This document shows positions 21,379-31,600 of a stretch of 64,000 nucleotides of DNA, in pieces. The stretch covers positions 640,001 to 704,000 of the forward strand of contig CBDDCK010000005.1 of the NCBI GenBank assembly GCA_965225855.1, read 5' to 3'. The translations under genes were made by a program, and so were the position numbers. The notes beneath the pieces were generated by a model that did not search any database, was not told the origin of the DNA, and saw only the letters and a list, made by a program, of their open reading frames with translations. The stretch is from Spirochaetia bacterium (GTDB lineage: Bacteria > Spirochaetota > Spirochaetia > SP-2023). Numbering within the stretch: the first letter of the stretch is position 1; each line of letters begins with the position of its first letter.

Positions 21379-21700
21379 AATTTAGAGCAAATATAAAAAG
21401 AGCGGTTGCGTTGCGTATGATCGTACTAAACATTTACGATTTTTTGCAATTTTTTGAGACTGCCACAGGCTCGTTGGGAAATCCCTAGGTTGCAAATCAA
21501 AAAAGCTAGTAAGGTTTTGGGCAAAAACCTTACTAGCTTTCTTTAAAAACCTTACTAGCTTTTTGAGACCATGCGCTGTTACCATGATATTTTGATACTT
21601 ACACCATCTTATACCATATTGCTGCCGACAATAACCCATATGCCGAAAAACAAAAATTCTAACGGTTAAAATTTAGAGCAAATATAGAAAGAGCAGTTGC
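21358..21700 (+). repeat. 52-bp direct repeat (21358-21409 and 21649-21700)
   Basis: AACAAAAATTCTAACGGTTAAAATTTAGAGCAAATATA(A/G)AAAGAGC(G/A)GTTGC in both copies. Confidence 0.9.
21466..21640 (-). mobile_element. Probable IS remnant (IS1182/IS5-like transposase C-terminus and right end)
   Basis: Minus-strand peptide YGIRWCKY...TAHGLKKLVRF resembles the DDE transposase tail (GLRR..Y.G...AHNLKKL); followed by GGGATTTCCCAACGAGCCTG, an IS-end-like sequence. Confidence 0.45.
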
Positions 21701-21724
21701 ATACCTTTTTCATTTCGGTTTAAT
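21693..21724 (+). CRISPR. Orphan/degenerate CRISPR repeat separated from the array by 919 bp
   Basis: GCAGTTGCATACCTTTTTCATTTCGGTTTAAT: lacks the first 3 nt and one T of the consensus. Confidence 0.92.
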
Positions 21725-21829
21725 TAGGGCCAGGGCTAGCGAGAATGTGCAGCGTGGTTTGGATAGAGACGCTGGGAAAATTCTTTGGTAAAATTAAAAA
21801 ATAAGAAATTAGGAGTTTTAGGAGTTTTT

Positions 21830-22546
21830 ATGAAAGTTTTTTGGATTGTGAAAATTTTAATGTTTGTGGCGATGATGAGTTACAATCTTTCTGGTGTGTT
21901 GTGGGCTAAGCAGCCGTTGGTGATTGGCGGTACTGTAAATGCTGGCTATACGGGTTTTAGTGGGTCTTGGACTAGCAAAACGAATGGGGTTCTCGATTTT
22001 GAGTGGGACGATGTAACTGGGCTGAGTGTGCCTATTAATGTTTTGGTACATGGGGCTTATGGCTTGAATGATTGGTTTAGCGTTGGCGGTGTGCTTGGGT
22101 TTGGTGTTGGCGTTGATTCTGATTTGGGAACGCCTAAGTATACGGTTAATGGTACTGCTACTGTGCCTTTGGTAGAAAGTGTGGTTGGCGGTTTTAGGAT
22201 TGGGCCTTATTTTCGCTTTGGTTTATGGGGCAAGGATAAAGGCGGGGGTATAGCTGTGGCTGCTTTGTTTATGATTGATTCTTTTCGGGAGCCACAGAGG
22301 TATTCTTTTTATACTGGTAGTGGTTATCTGTATTTGCAGCAAAAAGGCGTTTCGGTGGCTGGTTTGGCTTTAATGAGTGATATTTTTATCAATCGGTATT
22401 TTGGTGTAAATGTTGGTTTGGTTTTTAGTGGTTTGACGAGTGATGGAAACTTTGAAAGGGTGGCTGGCAATAAGTTGGAGCTTAGGGCTGGTGGCGTTGG
22501 CTTTTTGTTGGGGGCTAGTTTTTCTGTGCCGATAAAATTTAAATAA
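21830..22546 (+). CDS. Putative outer-membrane beta-barrel protein lying between CRISPR repeats
   Basis: AGGAG RBS; signal peptide MKVFWIVKILMFVAMMSYNLSGVLWA; alternating Gly/aromatic beta-strands; C-terminal strand GFLLGASFSVP. Confidence 0.75.
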   Translation: MKVFWIVKILMFVAMMSYNLSGVLWAKQPLVIGGTVNAGYTGFSGSWTSKTNGVLDFEWDDVTGLSVPINVLVHGAYGLNDWFSVGGVLGFGVGVDSDLGTPKYTVNGTATVPLVESVVGGFRIGPYFRFGLWGKDKGGGIAVAALFMIDSFREPQRYSFYTGSGYLYLQQKGVSVAGLALMSDIFINRYFGVNVGLVFSGLTSDGNFERVAGNKLELRAGGVGFLLGASFSVPIKFK

Positions 22547-22576
22547 TTTTTTTGTTTTTGCTGGGATAAATTCGTT

Positions 22577-22636
22577 GTTTTTTGCGAGCCCAAACCTATG
22601 TAAGTATTTTATCAATAAATACTTACATAGGGGACT
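22577..22636 (-). promoter_or_regulatory. Inverted leader-like element with 15-bp inverted repeat (22595-22631)
   Basis: Reverse complement aligns without gaps to the leader at 35945-36003. Confidence 0.75.
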
Positions 22637-22643
22637 GAGAATT

Positions 22644-25600
22644 GTTGCAGTTGCATACCTTTTTTCATTTCGGTTTAATAAATTCTTTAGGTCTTTAACT
22701 TTAGCAGTTGTTGCAGTTGCATACCTTTTTTCATTTCGGTTTAATCCGTTGCCACGAAACCTTACCACCAAGGGCGTTGCAGTTGCATACCTTTTTTCAT
22801 TTCGGTTTAATCCTTGGCTTTGATTTTTTGGATATTATTTAGTTGCAGTTGCATACCTTTTTTCATTTCGGTTTAATACCTCTACCCCTATCTCTCCCCC
22901 CACTCCTGTTGCAGTTGCATACCTTTTTTCATTTCGGTTTAATACCTCTACCCCTATCTCTCCCCCCACTCCTGTTGCAGTTGCATACCTTTTTTCATTT
23001 CGGTTTAATCTTATTCTGCTTCTTAAGTCTATTATAGGTGTTGCAGTTGCATACCTTTTTTCATTTCGGTTTAATTCAGACCCAACAGACAAACCATGAC
23101 CGGCAGTTGCAGTTGCATACCTTTTTTCATTTCGGTTTAATGATTTGGATTGTGAATTGTGGTAGGCTATAGTTGCAGTTGCATACCTTTTTTCATTTCG
23201 GTTTAATTGCGCTTAGTCGCAAGGTCAACATCCAGGCGTTGCAGTTGCATACCTTTTTTCATTTCGGTTTAATCCTCTGGAGGCCACAAAGTGTAAGGCA
23301 GTGGTTGCAGTTGCATACCTTTTTTCATTTCGGTTTAATTTACGGGAAATACAAAGATACAATATTTTTGTTGCAGTTGCATACCTTTTTTCATTTCGGT
23401 TTAATATGCCAATAACATCTGGACTATCTCTTTTTGTTGCAGTTGCATACCTTTTTTCATTTCGGTTTAATCCTATAGGGATCACTGGTGGCTCACCTCT
23501 TGTTGCAGTTGCATACCTTTTTTCATTTCGGTTTAATACACATCTTTAATCAAAAATCCTACTTCTTGTTGCAGTTGCATACCTTTTTTCATTTCGGTTT
23601 AATTTCACTGCGACCAAGGGCAATATCCTGTTGGTTGCAGTTGCATACCTTTTTTCATTTCGGTTTAATCTTTGGTGTAATCATAATGTCGAATTTCTGG
23701 TTGCAGTTGCATACCTTTTTTCATTTCGGTTTAATACAAGGTCACGACCGCGACTAGGCTTGTATGTTGCAGTTGCATACCTTTTTTCATTTCGGTTTAA
23801 TTATTCAAGTCACCATACTCACCGGCAGCATGTTGCAGTTGCATACCTTTTTTCATTTCGGTTTAATACAAGGTCACGACCGCGACTAGGCTTGTATGTT
23901 GCAGTTGCATACCTTTTTTCATTTCGGTTTAATTATTCAAGTCACCATACTCACCGGCAGCATGTTGCAGTTGCATACCTTTTTTCATTTCGGTTTAATA
24001 TTAAACGCAACCCCCATTCAGTCGACCTAGTTGCAGTTGCATACCTTTTTTCATTTCGGTTTAATACCATCGCCAGCAACAAGTCTCTTTGCGTGGTTGC
24101 AGTTGCATACCTTTTTTCATTTCGGTTTAATGATTCTACCATTCTCACGCCCTACAAGAGCGTTGCAGTTGCATACCTTTTTTCATTTCGGTTTAATGTG
24201 AGGTATTAACAGCCGATGATATAGTTAGTTGCAGTTGCATACCTTTTTTCATTTCGGTTTAATTTGTCAGCCCAAATTGTTCTTTTGTATTATGTTGCAG
24301 TTGCATACCTTTTTTCATTTCGGTTTAATTATGCGCCCGTGATCTACAATATTATGGTTGTTGCAGTTGCATACCTTTTTTCATTTCGGTTTAATAGAAA
24401 TATCTCTAAGCATATTAAAAATCATGTTGCAGTTGCATACCTTTTTTCATTTCGGTTTAATTCTCTTTCGATACGATGCATCCATTCTTTAGTTGCAGTT
24501 GCATACCTTTTTTCATTTCGGTTTAATAGTAGACATATGCATAACTTTGCCAAGTATGTTGCAGTTGCATACCTTTTTTCATTTCGGTTTAATTTTGTGA
24601 ATGGTCCAGTGTCTGTATTCGTTGTTGCAGTTGCATACCTTTTTTCATTTCGGTTTAATAATTACAACATTCATCGGCAATAAATAAGAGTTGCAGTTGC
24701 ATACCTTTTTTCATTTCGGTTTAATCATTGTACCCTGCGGTGTACGATCAACATAGTTGCAGTTGCATACCTTTTTTCATTTCGGTTTAATTCCAGGAGT
24801 AACCATAACAGAACCCTTAGCGTTGCAGTTGCATACCTTTTTTCATTTCGGTTTAATCATTGTACCCTGCGGTGTACGATCAACATAGTTGCAGTTGCAT
24901 ACCTTTTTTCATTTCGGTTTAATTCCAGGAGTAACCATAACAGAACCCTTAGCGTTGCAGTTGCATACCTTTTTTCATTTCGGTTTAATCATTGTACCCT
25001 GCGGTGTACGATCAACATAGTTGCAGTTGCATACCTTTTTTCATTTCGGTTTAATTCCAGGAGTAACCATAACAGAACCCTTAGCGTTGCAGTTGCATAC
25101 CTTTTTTCATTTCGGTTTAATCATTGTACCCTGCGGTGTACGATCAACATAGTTGCAGTTGCATACCTTTTTTCATTTCGGTTTAATTCCAGGAGTAACC
25201 ATAACAGAACCCTTAGCGTTGCAGTTGCATACCTTTTTTCATTTCGGTTTAATCATTGTACCCTGCGGTGTACGATCAACATAGTTGCAGTTGCATACCT
25301 TTTTTCATTTCGGTTTAATAGTCTTAGGAATGGAGTGGGAAGTCTGAAGGTTGCAGTTGCATACCTTTTTTCATTTCGGTTTAATATTTTTGCCCGTTGT
25401 TTTGCTTTTATTGTGGTTGCAGTTGCATACCTTTTTTCATTTCGGTTTAATAAATTTGCCTGTTTTATATTCTCGTAGTACGTTGCAGTTGCATACCTTT
25501 TTTCATTTCGGTTTAATTGGAAGTCTTGGCTGGTGAAATTGTTAAATGTTGCAGTTGCATACCTTTTTTCATTTCGGTTTAATTGCTTTTTCTTTTTCCT

Positions 25601-28600
25601 GTGTTTTTTCTTGGTTGCAGTTGCATACCTTTTTTCATTTCGGTTTAATTTAGTGAGTGTCTTATTGCCGTCTTGATGGGTTGCAGTTGCATACCTTTTT
25701 TCATTTCGGTTTAATTCGATATTCTAGGCGCTAGTAACGCAGCTGTTGCAGTTGCATACCTTTTTTCATTTCGGTTTAATGCACTGATGCATAAATAGCT
25801 AGGTTTATCGGTTGCAGTTGCATACCTTTTTTCATTTCGGTTTAATTCGATATTCTAGGCGCTAGTAACGCAGCTGTTGCAGTTGCATACCTTTTTTCAT
25901 TTCGGTTTAATGCACTGATGCATAAATAGCTAGGTTTATCGGTTGCAGTTGCATACCTTTTTTCATTTCGGTTTAATTCGATATTCTAGGCGCTAGTAAC
26001 GCAGCTGTTGCAGTTGCATACCTTTTTTCATTTCGGTTTAATCCTCTGGTAATTCTCCAAGGCTTCGATGCAGTTGCAGTTGCATACCTTTTTTCATTTC
26101 GGTTTAATCCTCTGGTAATTCTCCAAGGCTTCGATGCAGTTGCAGTTGCATACCTTTTTTCATTTCGGTTTAATTTTTAGGTCGTGATGGTGAAGAGCTG
26201 GAAGGTTGCAGTTGCATACCTTTTTTCATTTCGGTTTAATTAAACAATATTAAAGGCAAGTTTATCTTGTGTTGCAGTTGCATACCTTTTTTCATTTCGG
26301 TTTAATAAAATCCAAACAAATCATTCAACAAAACAAGTTGCAGTTGCATACCTTTTTTCATTTCGGTTTAATTTCTGGGATATGATCAAGCGTTTCGCTG
26401 GCGTTGCAGTTGCATACCTTTTTTCATTTCGGTTTAATCCGTAGAGACAACATTATGAATAAGCGAAGGTTGCAGTTGCATACCTTTTTTCATTTCGGTT
26501 TAATAGTAGTAACAAGACCAAAATGAACATTTCCGTTGCAGTTGCATACCTTTTTTCATTTCGGTTTAATAGTAAAACCTCCTACGTCTGCGCATAAAAT
26601 GTTGCAGTTGCATACCTTTTTTCATTTCGGTTTAATATAATTATTTTATTCTCCACCCCTATAAAAGTTGCAGTTGCATACCTTTTTTCATTTCGGTTTA
26701 ATTGTGGCAATTGCCCAATTCGGGATATTTTCGTTGCAGTTGCATACCTTTTTTCATTTCGGTTTAATTAGCAGACCGTAAGGACTTACCAAGAGCTTGT
26801 TGCAGTTGCATACCTTTTTTCATTTCGGTTTAATTAAAAAGGTTGTTACGAGCACTGTAGAACAGTTGCAGTTGCATACCTTTTTTCATTTCGGTTTAAT
26901 TTAAGCGTTGCTGGGCTAAAGGTAATGTGTTGCAGTTGCATACCTTTTTTCATTTCGGTTTAATTGTAATTTCTACTGCTGTAGATTAGATAAAGTTGCA
27001 GTTGCATACCTTTTTTCATTTCGGTTTAATTGTAATTTCTACTGCTGTAGATTAGATAAAGTTGCAGTTGCATACCTTTTTTCATTTCGGTTTAATAGCC
27101 TTTACCAAGTTCTTCCACCCAATCATGTTGCAGTTGCATACCTTTTTTCATTTCGGTTTAATTGACCCGTCAACAGGTCAGTTTCGGCCTTAGTTGCAGT
27201 TGCATACCTTTTTTCATTTCGGTTTAATATATAAATGCTAAGTAATACCTCCGAATTAGTTGCAGTTGCATACCTTTTTTCATTTCGGTTTAATAATAGC
27301 AATTGGACAACCGAAAGCAAAGGGTTGCAGTTGCATACCTTTTTTCATTTCGGTTTAATAGCCTTTACCAAGTTCTTCCACCCAATCATGTTGCAGTTGC
27401 ATACCTTTTTTCATTTCGGTTTAATTGACCCGTCAACAGGTCAGTTTCGGCCTTAGTTGCAGTTGCATACCTTTTTTCATTTCGGTTTAATATATAAATG
27501 CTAAGTAATACCTCCGAATTAGTTGCAGTTGCATACCTTTTTTCATTTCGGTTTAATGAAAACCTTGAGTAACATAAACCGGTGTAGGTTGCAGTTGCAT
27601 ACCTTTTTTCATTTCGGTTTAATATAAAAAAGCTCGGCCTGCTTGTTCAGTGTGTTGCAGTTGCATACCTTTTTTCATTTCGGTTTAATAGCCCCAGTCG
27701 TTTTTTATGAATGTTTTGAGTTGCAGTTGCATACCTTTTTTCATTTCGGTTTAATCCCAATACTACCCAAATCTCCCTCATCCTTGTTGCAGTTGCATAC
27801 CTTTTTTCATTTCGGTTTAATCCTAATACCACCCAAATCTCTCTCATTCTTGTTGCAGTTGCATACCTTTTTTCATTTCGGTTTAATCTAGGTCTGTATT
27901 TGATCTATCTCATTCTGGTTGCAGTTGCATACCTTTTTTCATTTCGGTTTAATATTTGTAGATTGTTCTACCATAGAAGATTGGTTGCAGTTGCATACCT
28001 TTTTTCATTTCGGTTTAATAATACCGATTATCTACAGACTGGCAAGCGAGTTGCAGTTGCATACCTTTTTTCATTTCGGTTTAATATTTGTAGATTGTTC
28101 TACCATAGAAGATTGGTTGCAGTTGCATACCTTTTTTCATTTCGGTTTAATAATACCGATTATCTACAGACTGGCAAGCGAGTTGCAGTTGCATACCTTT
28201 TTTCATTTCGGTTTAATATTTGTAGATTGTTCTACCATAGAAGATTGGTTGCAGTTGCATACCTTTTTTCATTTCGGTTTAATAATACCGATTATCTACA
28301 GACTGGCAAGCGAGTTGCAGTTGCATACCTTTTTTCATTTCGGTTTAATAGCCCCAGTCGTTTTTTATGAATGTTTTGAGTTGCAGTTGCATACCTTTTT
28401 TCATTTCGGTTTAATCCCAATACTACCCAAATCTCCCTCATCCTTGTTGCAGTTGCATACCTTTTTTCATTTCGGTTTAATATAATACTTACTCCATTGT
28501 GTAAGGCTGGGGGTTGCAGTTGCATACCTTTTTTCATTTCGGTTTAATGTGTATCATAGTAGGTCTTGAATCTAGGTGGTTGCAGTTGCATACCTTTTTT

Positions 28601-31600
28601 CATTTCGGTTTAATCCAACCAAGCAATCGCAGCAAAACTGCCAGGTTGCAGTTGCATACCTTTTTTCATTTCGGTTTAATAAAATAATCTTTACCCCAGC
28701 AACGAGTCTGGTTGCAGTTGCATACCTTTTTTCATTTCGGTTTAATGCATGGACAAGAGAATGCCGCAGAAACCTTGTTGCAGTTGCATACCTTTTTTCA
28801 TTTCGGTTTAATCCACAGAACAAAAACCTAAGACTTGGTTGGGTTGCAGTTGCATACCTTTTTTCATTTCGGTTTAATAGATATAAGATGCGGATTGCGC
28901 TTAGTCGCGTTGCAGTTGCATACCTTTTTTCATTTCGGTTTAATATTCCTGCCAAAATAGCGCCTATAGCCATAGTTGCAGTTGCATACCTTTTTTCATT
29001 TCGGTTTAATCATAACATGATCGATATGATGGCGCATTTTGTTGCAGTTGCATACCTTTTTTCATTTCGGTTTAATACTCTTAGGAATAGTATGAGAAGT
29101 CTGTAGGTTGCAGTTGCATACCTTTTTTCATTTCGGTTTAATTTTTTCTTCCGTGCTTATTAATATTTTATTGTTGCAGTTGCATACCTTTTTTCATTTC
29201 GGTTTAATATTTATGTTGCATATAACAACCTCCTATAAGTTGCAGTTGCATACCTTTTTTCATTTCGGTTTAATCTTCTCAGCCAATTCACGTTGATGAT
29301 TCTTGTTGCAGTTGCATACCTTTTTTCATTTCGGTTTAATACCATGACCGGCCATCGTGCCCTGCGGTGTGTTGCAGTTGCATACCTTTTTTCATTTCGG
29401 TTTAATCAGACCAAGCAGACCATCGGACTTAATCCTGTTGCAGTTGCATACCTTTTTTCATTTCGGTTTAATAAATAGATTCTGGTCTCTATAGAATTCC
29501 TTGTTGCAGTTGCATACCTTTTTTCATTTCGGTTTAATAATAGCCTGATCCAAAGGAAGATCACCTTCGTTGCAGTTGCATACCTTTTTTCATTTCGGTT
29601 TAATGAGACTACCGGCTTCATATTTGGGCTTTGAGTTGCAGTTGCATACCTTTTTTCATTTCGGTTTAATAAATAGATTCTGGTCTCTATAGAATTCCTT
29701 GTTGCAGTTGCATACCTTTTTTCATTTCGGTTTAATAATAGCCTGATCCAAAGGAAGATCACCTTCGTTGCAGTTGCATACCTTTTTTCATTTCGGTTTA
29801 ATGAGACTACCGGCTTCATATTTGGGCTTTGAGTTGCAGTTGCATACCTTTTTTCATTTCGGTTTAATATTTTCACAAAACCTTCACACTCACTCTCTGT
29901 TGCAGTTGCATACCTTTTTTCATTTCGGTTTAATAGTAAAATCATAAAGGATAAAGTAATATTAGTTGCAGTTGCATACCTTTTTTCATTTCGGTTTAAT
30001 ACCCCAACAACGAACCTGAAGATCGTAAGTGTTGCAGTTGCATACCTTTTTTCATTTCGGTTTAATCCTACAACCCTTCACAACTCACTCATAATCGTTG
30101 CAGTTGCATACCTTTTTTCATTTCGGTTTAATTTATACTGGCGCTAATGTTGGTGAGGATGTGTTGCAGTTGCATACCTTTTTTCATTTCGGTTTAATGA
30201 GACTACCGGATTCATATCTGGAGCTTGCGTTGCAGTTGCATACCTTTTTTCATTTCGGTTTAATAATTCTTAGATAATATCCATTTAGGGCTAAGTTGCA
30301 GTTGCATACCTTTTTTCATTTCGGTTTAATTAGTCATAAACAAACTTTCTAAAGAATATTGTTGCAGTTGCATACCTTTTTTCATTTCGGTTTAATTTTC
30401 TGGTGGTGTGGGCTCGGCAAAATCCAGTTGCAGTTGCATACCTTTTTTCATTTCGGTTTAATAATGATCAGCGCCCAACCAGATAACTTTGTGTTGCAGT
30501 TGCATACCTTTTTTCATTTCGGTTTAATTTTCTGGTGGTGTGGGCTCGGCAAAATCCAGTTGCAGTTGCATACCTTTTTTCATTTCGGTTTAATTTTGCT
30601 TTCTTGAATCTGCTTGTATTTTAGGTTGCAGTTGCATACCTTTTTTCATTTCGGTTTAATTTTGCTTTCTTGAATCTGCTTGTATTTTAGGTTGCAGTTG
30701 CATACCTTTTTTCATTTCGGTTTAATTCGGAAACAGTTATGCCAGTAGCATTGGAAGTTGCAGTTGCATACCTTTTTTCATTTCGGTTTAATACGATCAA
30801 CCTCGGCTTGAATCTGCTTGTATTTTAGGTTGCAGTTGCATACCTTTTTTCATTTCGGTTTAATCTACCCAAATGCCAATAATCATAAGTAGTAGTTGCA
30901 GTTGCATACCTTTTTTCATTTCGGTTTAATTCAGCTAGCAGAGATTCATGATACAGTTCTGTTGCAGTTGCATACCTTTTTTCATTTCGGTTTAATCGAT
31001 CATGTATTAAAGCAATCTTCTCACGGGTTGCAGTTGCATACCTTTTTTCATTTCGGTTTAATAGGTCACTAACGCGGCGCTGTACAGAAGTGTTGCAGTT
31101 GCATACCTTTTTTCATTTCGGTTTAATAATCCAAACCATCGTGGTAGATGGCGTAGCGTTGCAGTTGCATACCTTTTTTCATTTCGGTTTAATATGAAGG
31201 TTTATTTTGTGCCTTATGGGCTTGTTGCAGTTGCATACCTTTTTTCATTTCGGTTTAATCTCATTTCTCTCATCCTTCACAACCTTCCAGTTGCAGTTGC
31301 ATACCTTTTTTCATTTCGGTTTAATATCAAAAATAGTTTTTTGAAGAGATTTCTGGTTGCAGTTGCATACCTTTTTTCATTTCGGTTTAATTCGCTACCA
31401 ACAGAAAGACCATGACCGGCAGTTGCAGTTGCATACCTTTTTTCATTTCGGTTTAATAAAGGCTAGATTTTCTAAGGTTGGGCCTTTGTTGCAGTTGCAT
31501 ACCTTTTTTCATTTCGGTTTAATAAATTTTTATCAAAATAATGGCCACCTTGCGTTGCAGTTGCATACCTTTTTTCATTTCGGTTTAATAGGAAACTTCT

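Noticed and set aside
27954..27983. Spacer starting ATTTGTAGAT as a fourth Cas12a-handle hit
   Set aside because: Only about 8 nt match, which is expected by chance
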